Assembly: GCA_963806035.1 (NCBI GenBank)
Contig: CAWDWO010000032.1
Location: 1 to 64,000 of the forward strand
Reading direction: 5' to 3'
Length of the DNA: 64,000 bases
Source of the DNA: Candidatus Krumholzibacteriota bacterium
GTDB taxonomy: Bacteria; Krumholzibacteriota; Krumholzibacteriia; JAJRXK01
Made by a program: the position numbers and the translations under genes. The notes below the pieces were generated by a model. That model was given only the letters and a program-made list of their open reading frames with translations, had not been told where the DNA came from and did not search any database. This document shows, in pieces, positions 36,539-46,944 of this stretch (positions are counted from its first letter, which is position 1; every line of letters starts with the position of its first letter).

Positions 36539-38482
36539 TCAAAGCGCCGGATCGGGTCCCGGTTGTCCGTGAAGGCCCTTGGGAGTCGGGGAGGATTCCT
36601 GGCCGGCCGGCGAGTCATTCGGCGGCGGGGCGGCCGGTTCCCCCTCGTCGAGGGGTTCGGGCGCGGCCAGTGGCGGAAGTTCCTCGCCCTTGAGGATCAT
36701 GTTCACGTCCGCGCCATCCAGGGTCTCCCGCTCCAGCAGAGCCTTGGCCATCTTGTGCAGCGCATCAATGTTCTCCGACAGGATGTTCTTGGCCCGGTCG
36801 TGGCTCTCGCGGATGAGACGGGAGACCTCGTCGTCGATGGCGATGGCGGTCTTCTCGCTGTAGTCGCGGTGCTGCGAGATCTCTCTTCCCAAGAAGATCT
36901 GCTCGTTCTGCTGCGCCAGCGCGATGGGACCGAGTTGACTCATGCCCCAACGCGTGACCATGCGCCGCGCCAGCTCGGTCGCCTTCTGAATGTCGTCGCT
37001 CGCGCCGGCGGAGATCATGTCGAAGATCAATTCCTCCGCGGCGCGCCCACCCAGAGCATGGGCAATGCGAGCCTCCGCCCAGTCCTGACGTGGGATGCGA
37101 TCCTCGTCGGGCAAGACCCAGGTGAGCCCGGCCGCGCGGCCGCGCGGAATGATGGTGATCTTGTGGACCTGGTCGTAGTCGGGGATCGAGGCGGCCACGA
37201 TGGCATGTCCGCATTCGTGGTACGCGGTGAGCTCGAGCTCCTTGGGACTCATCACGCGACTGCGCCGCTCGGGACCCAGGAGCACTTTCTCCTTGGCGTC
37301 CTCCATGTCGAGCATGGTCACCACTTCGTGACCGCGGCGCGCCGCCAAGAGCGCGCCCTCGTTGACCAGGTTCGCCAGGTCGGCGCCACTCATGCCCGGG
37401 GTTCCCTTGGCCAGCACGCGCGTGTCCACGTCGGGTCCCACCTGCACTTTGCGCATGTGGACCTTGAGGATTCCCTCGCGGCCGCGGATGTCCGGCAGAT
37501 CGACCATCACCTGGCGGTCGAAGCGGCCCGGGCGCAAAAGCGCGGGGTCGAGCACGTCGGGACGGTTGGTGGCGGCGATGAGAATGACGCCGTCGTTGCT
37601 CTCGAAGCCATCCATCTCCACCAGCAGCTGGTTGAGGGTCTGCTCACGCTCGTCGTGACCGCCCCCCAGTCCGGCGCCGCGGTGGCGGCCCACCGCGTCG
37701 ATTTCGTCGATGAAGAGAATGCAGGGCGCGGCGCGCTTGCCCTGCTCGAAGAGGTCGCGCACTCGCGAGGCGCCGACCCCGACGAACATCTCGACGAAGT
37801 CCGAACCGGACATGTGGAAGAATGGAACCCCTGCTTCACCGGCCACGGCGCGGCCCAGAAGGGTCTTGCCCGTGCCGGGGGGTCCCACCAAAAGCGCACC
37901 CTTGGGCACACGACCCCCGAGGCGCTGGAACTTGCGCGGTGATTTCAAGAACTCGACCACTTCCTCGAGTTCCTGCTTGGCCTCGTCGCAGCCGGCCACG
38001 TCGAGGAAAGTGACGGTGGGCCGGTCGGCGTCGATGAGCTTGGCTTTGCTCTTGCCGAAGCTGAATGCCTTGTTGCCGCCGGATTGCATCTGCCGCAAGA
38101 AGAACACCCAGATCGCGATGATGAGGATGAAGGGCAAGTAGGTGAGGATCGCGCCCCACCAGTTCATGCCGCTGAGTTTGCCCTTGATGACGGCGTTGGG
38201 ATTTTTGTCCTGAATGCGATCGATGAGCTTGGGATCTTTCACCGGCAAAATGACTTTGAAGGTCTCGACGGTCTGCTGCGACCCGTCGTCGGTCTTCAGC
38301 ATTTCCTTCTTGGCCAGACGTCCGGTGATCTCGCGCTCGTTCTGCGTCGCCTCGGCGATGTTTCCCTTGTCCACCTGCTGGATGAAGGTGGAGTAACTCA
38401 GGTTGTATTCCTTCTTGCTGTCCAGATAGAGCAGTTGGAAGCCGAAGAACAGAAGGACGATGATCACGAGCCAGAAGCCCAT
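36539..38482 (-). CDS. ftsH: ATP-dependent zinc metalloprotease FtsH (true start may be 38583 via a 1-nt frameshift)
   Basis: [17 protein letters not shown] motif, HECGH. Confidence 0.98.
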   Translation of the reverse strand: MGFWLVIIVLLFFGFQLLYLDSKKEYNLSYSTFIQQVDKGNIAEATQNEREITGRLAKKEMLKTDDGSQQTVETFKVILPVKDPKLIDRIQDKNPNAVIKGKLSGMNWWGAILTYLPFILIIAIWVFFLRQMQSGGNKAFSFGKSKAKLIDADRPTVTFLDVAGCDEAKQELEEVVEFLKSPRKFQRLGGRVPKGALLVGPPGTGKTLLGRAVAGEAGVPFFHMSGSDFVEMFVGVGASRVRDLFEQGKRAAPCILFIDEIDAVGRHRGAGLGGGHDEREQTLNQLLVEMDGFESNDGVILIAATNRPDVLDPALLRPGRFDRQVMVDLPDIRGREGILKVHMRKVQVGPDVDTRVLAKGTPGMSGADLANLVNEGALLAARRGHEVVTMLDMEDAKEKVLLGPERRSRVMSPKELELTAYHECGHAIVAASIPDYDQVHKITIIPRGRAAGLTWVLPDEDRIPRQDWAEARIAHALGGRAAEELIFDMISAGASDDIQKATELARRMVTRWGMSQLGPIALAQQNEQIFLGREISQHRDYSEKTAIAIDDEVSRLIRESHDRAKNILSENIDALHKMAKALLERETLDGADVNMILKGEELPPLAAPEPLDEGEPAAPPPNDSPAGQESSPTPKGLHGQPGPDPAL

Positions 38483-38569
38483 GGTGCGTCCGGGGGAAGT
38501 GGTCTCGGTGATCCACCGCTGGGTGGGCGGCGGCGCCGGTTCCGCCGGGGCGGCGTGCGGCGATCACGA

Positions 38570-39985
38570 TCAGGTCCGGTCATCGAGATCGGATTCCTTC
38601 TTCTGGGGTTGCAAAGTCAAACGCAAGACTTTTCGCGTTGCGCTCGTGATTCGACAGTGTTGCGAGGTCGCGACCCCCACGGTCCAGACGATGCCTTCCT
38701 CGTCCTCCACGATCCACATGGAATCGCGGTGGTCGGCGGGCACTCCGTGTTCACGGTAGAGCTCCGCCACTTTCTTGCGTCCGGGCATTCCTTCCACTCG
38801 CATGCGGTCTCCCGGCCGGAAGCACCGCAAGTTCAAGTTTCCATGGATCTTGTCCGCGTCAATCTGGGTGCAGTTCCTAGCTGTCATAGTAATCTCAACG
38901 CCTTCGGCGGGCAAAAGCTCCACGCAAAGTCGCATCGAGTCGTGATCGGCCTTCGCGAGCGCCGCGGGCGCCTGAAATCGCAGGGCATCGCGGTCGATCA
39001 CGAGCCAGCCCCCCCGGGCCAGGGGAAAGCGGTGGCCTGGGGACGCTTTGAGAGCGAATTCGAGCAAGCGCAGCAGATTCTCGCGACTCCAGTGCTGGGG
39101 CCCCGCCGGCTCCAATTCGCGCGCGATGTGGCGCAGGATCTCCAATTGCACCGGCTCTTGGAGTGCGCAAAATCCGGGCCGGTCGAGCAGCTCGCAGGCG
39201 GCTGGATCCAGCGGCGGCTCCGGCGCGCGCTGCAGGGCGCTGCGCTCCTCCTCGGCGCGTTCGGCGAGCCAGGCCGCCAGGGCGGCGCCGTGCTCGGCGA
39301 AGTCCCCCAGCCGCTCCACGGCTCCCGCGTCGAAAATATCGTCCAGAAGCGGGATGAGTTCGTGGCGCACCCGGTTGCGGCGGAAGCCCGCGCTCGCGTT
39401 GCTCTCGTCCTCTCTCCACTTCAACTCGCGCCACTTCAGATACTCGCGAATGCGCGCGCGGGAAAATTCACGCAGGGGGCGCAGACGGTCCACGCTGCGC
39501 GCGCGAATGCCCTCCATCCCCGCCAGTCCCGTGCCGCGAAAGAGCCAGAGCAGAAGGGTCTCCAGGTGATCATCCCGGTGGTGCCCCGTGCACACGCGGT
39601 CGAAACCGCGCGCCTCGCGCAGGCGATCCAGGAATTCGTAGCGCAGCTGCCGGCCGGCCGCTTCCAGTCCGATTCCCGTCTTACGGGCGTGGGCGTGTGG
39701 ATCGATGCGTTCCAGCACGAACTCCACCCCGCGCGCCGCGCAAAACTCGCGACAGAATTCGCCGTCCCGCTCGCTGCTCTCCCTGAGGCCGTGGTCGAGG
39801 TGCGCCGCCAAGAGCTGCAGTTCTTTTTCTTTCTGCAGGCGCAGCAGCAAGTCGAGCAGGGCCAGCGAGTCGGCGCCGCCGGAAAGCGCGACCACCAGAC
39901 GCTCGCCCTGAAGCACTCCGCCACGCTCGGGCGGAAGCTCTCGCAAAAGTTCCAGCAGATCGGCTTCGTGAGTGGAGGAGGCCAC
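38570..39985 (-). CDS. tilS: tRNA(Ile)-lysidine synthetase
   Basis: ALSGGADS, HLDHGLR, GHHRDD, RPL, RNRVRH, RPGDR. Confidence 0.96.
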   Translation of the reverse strand: MASSTHEADLLELLRELPPERGGVLQGERLVVALSGGADSLALLDLLLRLQKEKELQLLAAHLDHGLRESSERDGEFCREFCAARGVEFVLERIDPHAHARKTGIGLEAAGRQLRYEFLDRLREARGFDRVCTGHHRDDHLETLLLWLFRGTGLAGMEGIRARSVDRLRPLREFSRARIREYLKWRELKWREDESNASAGFRRNRVRHELIPLLDDIFDAGAVERLGDFAEHGAALAAWLAERAEEERSALQRAPEPPLDPAACELLDRPGFCALQEPVQLEILRHIARELEPAGPQHWSRENLLRLLEFALKASPGHRFPLARGGWLVIDRDALRFQAPAALAKADHDSMRLCVELLPAEGVEITMTARNCTQIDADKIHGNLNLRCFRPGDRMRVEGMPGRKKVAELYREHGVPADHRDSMWIVEDEEGIVWTVGVATSQHCRITSATRKVLRLTLQPQKKESDLDDRT

Positions 39986-40013
39986 GACGGTCCTCCAGTT
40001 TCAGGGCGGGAAG

Positions 40014-40090
40014 TGGTGCCGGCGCAGGGATTCGAACCCCGGACACGCGGATTATGATTCCGCTGCTCTAACCAACTGAGCTACGCCGGC
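40014..40090 (-). tRNA. tRNA with CAT anticodon (probably elongator tRNA-Met; Ile2 not excluded)
   Basis: GCCGGCG acceptor with paired G1-C72, anticodon arm gcgga-atCATaa-tccgc, GTTCGAA, encoded CCA. Confidence 0.93.
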
Positions 40091-40136
40091 CCCCAAGCTG
40101 CGCCCGGAATCCCGGGTGCGAACAAGGCAAGGGGCA

Positions 40137-40165
40137 AAGGTATCTTCGCCGCCAAGCGCTGTCAA
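40137..40165 (-). promoter_or_regulatory. Sigma70 promoter for tRNA(CAT)-tilS-ftsH
   Basis: TTGACA-17 bp-TACCTT on the minus strand. Confidence 0.6.
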
Positions 40166-40262
40166 ACCCGCCCTTTGCCTTGTCCCCGCTCCGGTGCGGG
40201 ACTAGGATCTAGAGCAAGGCCCCAACTCACCTCCGCGCCGCGGCTCGACGCCGCAAGCCACC

Positions 40263-41288
40263 ATGTCGCAAGCACCTACCAGCCGCCGTCACTTCGATCT
40301 CGAGGATGGCGATCTTTCGCTCCTCAAGGGAAAGCGTATCGCCGTCCTGGGTTACGGCAACCAGGGGCACGCCCACGCCCTCAACCTGCGCGACAGCGGG
40401 ATGGAGGTGGTGGTGGGCCTGCGGAAGGAGAGCGCGCATGCCCGGGCGGCGCGCGAGGCCGGCTTCGAGGTGGAGGATTTCGCCTCCGCCGCGCGCGGGG
40501 CGTTTCTGGTGATGATGCTGCTGCCCGACGAGCTGCACGCGGAGATCTACGACAAGCATCTGCGGAAGGTCATGGACAGCGCGGCCTACCTGGCGTTCTC
40601 CCACGGATTCGCGGTCGCCTTCGATTTGCTCGAACTCGAGAAGAGCCGGCGCGTACTCCTGGTGGCGCCCAAGGGTCAGGGTCACGCGCTGCGGGCTTCG
40701 TTTGTGAACGGCGGTGGCCTGCCCGGGCTCATCGGCGTGCAGGGTCCCGATCAGGAGGAGAGCCTGAAAGTCGCTCTGGCCTACGCCAAGGCCTGCGGCG
40801 CGCTGGCCGGCGGCGGTTTTTTGAGCTCCTTCCGCGAAGAGGCGGTGAGCGATCTCTTCGGCGAGCAGACCGTGCTCTGCGGCGGCCTCATCGAGCTCAT
40901 CACCGCGGCCTGGGAGCTGCTGGTGGCGCGCGGCTACAGCGCGGAGGGCGCCTACTTCGAATGTCTGCACGAGGTGAAGATCATCACCGATCTGGTGCAC
41001 GAAAAAGGGGTCGACGGCATGCGCGAGGGAATCTCGCCCACCGCCGCCTTCGGCGGCCTGCGGGCCGGCCCGCGCGTGATCGGCAAGGAGAGCCGTGCCG
41101 CGATGGAGAAGCTTCTGGACGAAATCGAGGACGGAAGCTTCGCGAAAGAGTTCCTGAAGGAGCGGGCCCAGGGCTCGCCCTGGTTGAAGAGGAAGCGCGA
41201 GGAAGAGGCCAAGCACCCCATGCAGGAAACGGGCAGGGGACTGCGAGCCTTCCTTTCTCGTTGTCGTCTGAACGGACCAAAGGAGTAG
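40263..41288 (+). CDS. ilvC: Ketol-acid reductoisomerase
   Basis: GYGNQGHAHALNLRDSG, LPDE, FSHGF, APKGQG, DLFGEQTVLCGG, FECLHE. Confidence 0.95.
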   Translation: MSQAPTSRRHFDLEDGDLSLLKGKRIAVLGYGNQGHAHALNLRDSGMEVVVGLRKESAHARAAREAGFEVEDFASAARGAFLVMMLLPDELHAEIYDKHLRKVMDSAAYLAFSHGFAVAFDLLELEKSRRVLLVAPKGQGHALRASFVNGGGLPGLIGVQGPDQEESLKVALAYAKACGALAGGGFLSSFREEAVSDLFGEQTVLCGGLIELITAAWELLVARGYSAEGAYFECLHEVKIITDLVHEKGVDGMREGISPTAAFGGLRAGPRVIGKESRAAMEKLLDEIEDGSFAKEFLKERAQGSPWLKRKREEEAKHPMQETGRGLRAFLSRCRLNGPKE

Positions 41289-41290
41289 AG

Positions 41291-42067
41291 ATGAGCTCAG
41301 ATCATTTCCCCGCGGAAGAGCCCGCGGCGCCCGCACCGCCCCGTCCCGAGCCTTCGGGTCCGCAGGGCCTTGCGCGTCTTTTCAGCATCATCGTATCGCC
41401 ACGCGCCACCTTCGAGGCGATGGCGCGCCGCACCCAACCCTGGGTGGGAGTGCTGGCGGTCGTGATCTCGGTTGGATTGGGAAGCGCCCTCATCGCGCAC
41501 ATCTCCGGACCGGAGCAGATGGAGGCCGCCCTGAACGGACCCTTCGGGGACAAGCTGCAGGGCAACGAGGAGTACCTCAAGAAAATCGAAGAGGCCAAAT
41601 CGCCCACGCTGGGCAAGCGCGTGGTGACGGCGCTGCAGGCCGGGCTCGGCGGCACGGTGGCCTTCGCCATCGGCGCCGTCTTCTACTGGCTGGCCTGCAT
41701 GGTTGTGGGGGGCAAGGCGGGCTTCAAGCTCACCCTCGACGTGGTTTTCCTCTGCACCTGGGTGGGAGGTGGTCTGGCCCTCCTTGCCACGGTGCCCTTG
41801 GTCCTGGCCAAGGGATCGGCGCTGACGGTGGGCTACAGTCTGGCCCCGCTCTCGGGACTCCTCGGGGCGGGTTCGGACACCTCGAGCATCGGCTATCACT
41901 TCCTGCAGTCCTTCACCAATTTCTTTTCCATCTGGGAGCTCTTTCTCCTGGCGATCGGCTTTCAGGTCGTGCACCGGCTCAGCACGGGCAGGGCATGGTT
42001 CGCGGCCGCGGTGCCCTGGGTGCTCGGCAACGGCATCGGCCTCTTGATGTACGCCATATTCATGTAG
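41291..42067 (+). CDS. Yip1 family membrane protein (YknW-like)
   Basis: IIVSPRATF motif, several TM helices, SD aaggag. Confidence 0.85.
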   Translation: MSSDHFPAEEPAAPAPPRPEPSGPQGLARLFSIIVSPRATFEAMARRTQPWVGVLAVVISVGLGSALIAHISGPEQMEAALNGPFGDKLQGNEEYLKKIEEAKSPTLGKRVVTALQAGLGGTVAFAIGAVFYWLACMVVGGKAGFKLTLDVVFLCTWVGGGLALLATVPLVLAKGSALTVGYSLAPLSGLLGAGSDTSSIGYHFLQSFTNFFSIWELFLLAIGFQVVHRLSTGRAWFAAAVPWVLGNGIGLLMYAIFM

Positions 42068-42107
42068 CTGGAGGTGAGAGTCGCCGCCTCGCGCCGCGAC
42101 GAGCTCG

Positions 42108-43343
42108 ATGAAGAAGAAAGTCTGGATTGCCATCGGCATCGTCGTGGTGCTGGGAGCGCTCGTGATCGCCAATCTCGCCAGTCGCGAGAAACTCACCAAG
42201 GTGCGCGTGGATTCGGTCACGCGCGGGCCCTTGACCGAAGTCGTGAACGCCAGCGGAAAGCTCGAACCCAAGAGCAGCATCGACGTGAGCGCCACCATCA
42301 TGGGCAAGATCACGCGCGTCGCGGTGCAGGAGGGCGACGTGGTGCACAAGGGGGACTTCCTTTTGGAGATCGATCCGGAGGAGTACCGCTCGGTGGTCAC
42401 GGCGCAAAAGGCCGCTCTGCAGAGCGCACAGGGGGACCTGGCTTTGGCAGAGGCCAACAAGGAGAAGGCCGAACTCGATTTGAAGCGCGCCAAGCGTTTG
42501 AGCGATCAGGGACTCAGTACGGAGGATCAATACGAGTCGGCGCTCACCGCGGTGAAAGTGCAGGCGGCCCAGGTGAGCGCGGCGCAGGCGCGAGTGGATC
42601 AGGCCAAGGCCAACCTCTCCCGTGTGCGTCACGACCTGAGCAAGGTCACGCTCGACGCGCCCATCAGCGGCATCGTGACCCGCCTCAACGTGGAGGTGGG
42701 GGAGAACGCCATCATCGGCACCATGAACAATCCGGGCACCCTGCTTCTGACGGTAGCCGACCTGGACACCATGGAGGCCGAAGTGAAGGTCGACGAGACC
42801 GAGGTCGTCCGCGTCAAGTTGGGGCAGATGGCCAAGGTGGAGATCGACGCCTATCCCGACACTCTCTTCAACGCAGTGGTCACTGAAGTCGGCAACAGTC
42901 CCATCTTCTCCTCGACCGGTCTGGGCCAGGAGGCGGTCGATTTCAAGGTGGTGCTGCGCCTGCTCGACAAAATCGAGGGCGTGAGGCCGGGACTGTCCGC
43001 CACCGCTGACATCACGGTGGCGCAGCGCGACAGCTGTCTCTCCATTCCCATCGCCTCCCTGGTGGAGAGGGAGGGAAAAGAGGGCGTCTTCGTGCTGAAC
43101 GAATCCAAGGAGGCGCAGTTTCGCGCGGTGGACGTGGGCATCGCGGGCGAGGAGCGCTTCGAGGTGCCGTCCGGACTGAAGGAAGGCGAAGTGGTGGTCA
43201 AGGGCCCCTTCACCGCGCTGCGTACCCTCAAGAGCGGCGAAAAGGTGGAAGTCGAGAAGGAAGAGAAGAAGTCCGAGAAGAACTCCTCCAAGAAGAACGC
43301 CGAGTCGGACCAGGACGAAGGCGAAGGCAAAGACAAGGACTGA
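42108..43343 (+). CDS. Periplasmic adaptor (MacA/YknX-like membrane fusion protein)
   Basis: N-terminal TM, VQEGDVV.KG lipoyl half, coiled coil, APISG, VDETE. Confidence 0.93.
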   Translation: MKKKVWIAIGIVVVLGALVIANLASREKLTKVRVDSVTRGPLTEVVNASGKLEPKSSIDVSATIMGKITRVAVQEGDVVHKGDFLLEIDPEEYRSVVTAQKAALQSAQGDLALAEANKEKAELDLKRAKRLSDQGLSTEDQYESALTAVKVQAAQVSAAQARVDQAKANLSRVRHDLSKVTLDAPISGIVTRLNVEVGENAIIGTMNNPGTLLLTVADLDTMEAEVKVDETEVVRVKLGQMAKVEIDAYPDTLFNAVVTEVGNSPIFSSTGLGQEAVDFKVVLRLLDKIEGVRPGLSATADITVAQRDSCLSIPIASLVEREGKEGVFVLNESKEAQFRAVDVGIAGEERFEVPSGLKEGEVVVKGPFTALRTLKSGEKVEVEKEEKKSEKNSSKKNAESDQDEGEGKDKD

Positions 43344-43374
43344 TCGTACTCTTCCGATCTCCGGGAGTGAGCCG

Positions 43375-44613
43375 ATGAAGGCTGTTCAGCTGAACGAGGG
43401 CGTGGGGATCGCCCTGTCGAGCCTGCGTGTCAACAAGCTGCGCACCTTTCTCACCCTGCTCGGGAACATCGTCGGCGTCATGTCGGTCATCGCGGTGGTG
43501 TCGCTGCTGGACGGCATCGACCACTACGCGCGGCAGAAGGTTCTGGAAGAGGGCAGCGGTGTCTTCAGCATCGAGCGCGTCAACGGACTGCAGTTCATCA
43601 CCGACGTCGATGCCTTCATGGACTCCCTCTACAACCCCAAGCTCACTCTGAAGGACGTCGACTATCTGCGCGAACACGTGCCCGCAGCCGCGGCGGTGGG
43701 CGCCAAGCAGTCCACCAATACTTTGGTGCAGTGGCGGGACGAACGCCTGGAAGACATCGAGGTCGATGGGCGCACCGAAGTCTATCCCGCGATCGAGGAC
43801 ATGCCTCTGAAGGAGGGGCGCCATCTGGCGCGGCTGGACGTGGAGCGCTCGCGGGCGGTGTGCGTGCTGGGCTACGAGATCGCCCAGAAGCTGTTTGGAG
43901 GGGACCGCGACCCGGTGGGCCAGAGGATCAAGATCGCCGACCGGCGCTACACGGTGATCGGCGTCCTCGCCAAGCGGGGAACCGTGCTCGGCAGCAGCCG
44001 CGACCGCTTCGTCATCATTCCGGTGACCACCTGGCAGAAGGTCTTCTCCGCGCGCCGCAGCGTGGAGATCCGGATCAAGGCCAAGGATGTGAACCAGGTC
44101 GCGTTGGCCATCGACGAGGCGAGCGTGGCGCTGCGCATTCGTCATCGATTGCATCCCGCGCAGAACAACGACTTCGCCATCGTGACCAGCGCGATTCTCC
44201 TGGAGCTGTGGCAGAAGATTCAGGGCTACATTCGCAAGGTTCTGGTGGCGACGGTCAGCATCAGTCTCATCGTGGGCGGGATCGTGCTCATGAACGTGAT
44301 GTTGGTGTCGGTGACCGACCGCACCCGCGAGATCGGGGTCCGCAAGGCGCTGGGTGCCACCCGCACCAACATCCTCTGGCAGTTCCTGGTGGAGGCGGTC
44401 ACCCTGAGCGTGGTGGGCGGCATCCTGGGAACTTTCATCGGCTTCGTTCTGGCGCTCCTGGTGAGCCTGCTCACGCCCATCCCGTCCAGCATCCAATTGC
44501 AGGCGGTGGGCCTGGGCATCGGCGTCACCCTGGTGCTGGGCATTCTCTTTGGAACCATTCCCGCGCACAAGGCGAGCCAACTCGATCCGGTGGAGGCGTT
44601 GCGGCATGAGTGA
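43375..44613 (+). CDS. ABC transporter permease (MacB-PCD/FtsX)
   Basis: LRTFLTLLG, VGGIVLMNVMLVSV, RTREIGVRKALGA, DPVEALR. Confidence 0.95.
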   Translation: MKAVQLNEGVGIALSSLRVNKLRTFLTLLGNIVGVMSVIAVVSLLDGIDHYARQKVLEEGSGVFSIERVNGLQFITDVDAFMDSLYNPKLTLKDVDYLREHVPAAAAVGAKQSTNTLVQWRDERLEDIEVDGRTEVYPAIEDMPLKEGRHLARLDVERSRAVCVLGYEIAQKLFGGDRDPVGQRIKIADRRYTVIGVLAKRGTVLGSSRDRFVIIPVTTWQKVFSARRSVEIRIKAKDVNQVALAIDEASVALRIRHRLHPAQNNDFAIVTSAILLELWQKIQGYIRKVLVATVSISLIVGGIVLMNVMLVSVTDRTREIGVRKALGATRTNILWQFLVEAVTLSVVGGILGTFIGFVLALLVSLLTPIPSSIQLQAVGLGIGVTLVLGILFGTIPAHKASQLDPVEALRHE

Positions 44614-45862
44614 TCGCGGCCGTTGGCGCCAGCTCTCCGGCGAGAACCTGCGCATCGCCTTCGAGGCCCTGCGCGCGCAGCGCATGCGCTCGCTGCTGCT
44701 CATTTTGGGCGTGTCCATCGGCACCGCCACTCTTCTGGCCATGATCTCCCTTCTCTTTGGCCTGAAGGAAAAACTGCGCGAGGACATCGTCTCGGCGAAC
44801 CAGCCCTACCTCACCATTTCCAAGTTCGACTTTCTCGACGCGAAGGAGGCCAAAGAGGCCGCGAACCGGCGCGACTTCACGGTGTACGATTACGAGGAGT
44901 TGAAGGCGAGAGCCAAGACTCTGGACACGGTGGTGTACACCCACGAGCTGGGCCAGGGAGTGGCTCCCCCCATGCTGTTTCGCGGCAAGGAACGCTCGGA
45001 GTTCATCTGGGTCTGGGGTTCGTCTCAGGGCGCGACCGAAATCTTCAGCATGAAGATCGCGCTGGGGCGCTTTCTCAACTTCGATGACATCCAGCGCCGC
45101 CGCCGCGTGATCGTGTTGGGCTACGGTCCCTGGCAGCAACTCTTTCCCCACGCCGATCCTCTGGGGAAGGAGGTGCGCGTGGGCAACGAACGCTACCGGG
45201 TGATCGGTGTGTTTCAAGAGCGCAAGCACATCACGGGGCGCCTGGGTGAGAACTACGCCACCGTTCCCTACACCACCTTCGAAAAAGATTTCGCCACCGA
45301 TCACGACCAGATCACGATGCAGGCCACGGTGCGCCGTGGCTTCACCCTCGATCAGGCCAAGAGCGAGGTCATCGCCATCATGCGGCAGCTGCGCGGGCTG
45401 CGTCCCGGACAGAAGAACGACTTCGCGGTGGTGGAGAGTCGAACTCTGCAAAAGCTGCTCGATTCGCTCACCATGGGGGTGATGCTCGCGCTGGTGGTGC
45501 TCTCCTCCATTGGACTTCTGGTGGGAGGCATCGGGGTGATGAACATGTTCCTGATCTCGGTGAGCGAGCGCACGCGCGAGGTCGGGGTGCGCCGGGCTCT
45601 GGGGGCGCGCCGGGGCGACGTGCTGCGCCAGTTCCTGGCCGAAGCCACGGTACTCACCGGACTGGGGGGAATCGCGGGCGCGATTCTGGGATACCTCTTG
45701 GCCCGTGGTCTCAACCAGCAGCTCAGCTTCCCCTTCTACTTCAAAGCGTGGATGTTGGCGCTCGCCCTGGGTTTTTCTATGATGGTTGGACTCATTTTCG
45801 GAGCGTATCCGGCCCGTCGCGCGGCGCGGATGCAAATCACCGATGCACTCAGAAACGAATAG
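44606..45862 (+). CDS. ABC transporter permease (MacB-PCD/FtsX)
   Basis: RSLLLILGVSIG, VGGIGVMN, ERTREVGVRRALGA, YPARRAA. Confidence 0.95.
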   Translation: MSDRGRWRQLSGENLRIAFEALRAQRMRSLLLILGVSIGTATLLAMISLLFGLKEKLREDIVSANQPYLTISKFDFLDAKEAKEAANRRDFTVYDYEELKARAKTLDTVVYTHELGQGVAPPMLFRGKERSEFIWVWGSSQGATEIFSMKIALGRFLNFDDIQRRRRVIVLGYGPWQQLFPHADPLGKEVRVGNERYRVIGVFQERKHITGRLGENYATVPYTTFEKDFATDHDQITMQATVRRGFTLDQAKSEVIAIMRQLRGLRPGQKNDFAVVESRTLQKLLDSLTMGVMLALVVLSSIGLLVGGIGVMNMFLISVSERTREVGVRRALGARRGDVLRQFLAEATVLTGLGGIAGAILGYLLARGLNQQLSFPFYFKAWMLALALGFSMMVGLIFGAYPARRAARMQITDALRNE

Positions 45863-45870
45863 GTTCATGT

Positions 45871-46944
45871 ATGTCGTCGAAAGGTCTCGTCCTCGTTCTC
45901 GCGATCGCTTGTTTGGTCTTTGTGGGGGGATGCGCTTCCACCGGCGGTATGCCACAACCCGGCATGGGACTCTACCCCGCCTTTGACGCGCCGCGCATCG
46001 CGGAGAAGGGCTATCCCAACGATCTCAATCAGCCCTACTGGTGGCCGGCGGGCTCTCAGGGCGAGTGGGGAATTCTCTACGATGACGAGGGCGTCCCCTA
46101 CGGGCCCAACACCTACTACCACTTCAAGACGCGTCTGGATCATCCCGACCTCGTGGTCACCGACAGCACCATGACCGGCAGGTGGTTCACGGTCAATCGC
46201 AGCGCGGGTGTGCGCGAGGAAATGACGGGTCGCTGGCTCGAATTGCACGACCTCTTCCACGAGGACATGAAGGACGCGCTGCACTTCAAGCCCGAAGGGA
46301 AGATCCAGATTTACGCTGCTCCCACCCTGATCGACTACAAGCGCGTGACCGGCAAGGATTTCTGGGTCACCCAGGTGGTGGACGGCCCTTTCATCGCCTA
46401 CGAACCCATCGGGATTCTGTGGACGCGAACCCTGGCCCTGCACGCCATTCGCAACGGGGTTGCGACCTCATTCTTGGACATGAAGTGTCACGGAAACTTG
46501 CCCCATTGGTTGCGCTCGGGACTCGCGAGCTATCTCGCCGAGGAAGGCGGGGTGCTCGAGGACTTCATGAATCAGTTCCGCAGCTATCGCCCGGTGCTTC
46601 TCTCTTCGCGGGAAGTCGTGCGTACCATCTATCCGCTCACCGACAAGGAGAGCGGCCGCATCGCGCAGTACAACGCCTTCCTCATGGCGTGGCATCTGGC
46701 GCAGGACTACGGCTGGGACAAAGTGGTGCAGCTGCTCGACCTCCTGCAGCAAGGGGCGCTCTTCGAGGAAGCGGTGCCTCAGGTGTACGGGGTGGGCGTG
46801 CCGCGTCTGCTCGAGCTTCTGGATCCGCAGACGCTGGGGGACCCGGGCGCGCCGAAGAGCGAGAGCCCCGCGGCGCCCGCAACAAAGCCTGATTCCGCGC
46901 CGCAGTCGGGAGCCACGATGCAGTCGAAGGGCGGTGGCCGATGA
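45871..46944 (+). CDS. Lipoprotein with degenerate peptidase-MA-like C-terminal domain
   Basis: Lipobox VGGC; LPHWLRSGLASYL; no HExxH. Confidence 0.7.
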   Translation: MSSKGLVLVLAIACLVFVGGCASTGGMPQPGMGLYPAFDAPRIAEKGYPNDLNQPYWWPAGSQGEWGILYDDEGVPYGPNTYYHFKTRLDHPDLVVTDSTMTGRWFTVNRSAGVREEMTGRWLELHDLFHEDMKDALHFKPEGKIQIYAAPTLIDYKRVTGKDFWVTQVVDGPFIAYEPIGILWTRTLALHAIRNGVATSFLDMKCHGNLPHWLRSGLASYLAEEGGVLEDFMNQFRSYRPVLLSSREVVRTIYPLTDKESGRIAQYNAFLMAWHLAQDYGWDKVVQLLDLLQQGALFEEAVPQVYGVGVPRLLELLDPQTLGDPGAPKSESPAAPATKPDSAPQSGATMQSKGGGR

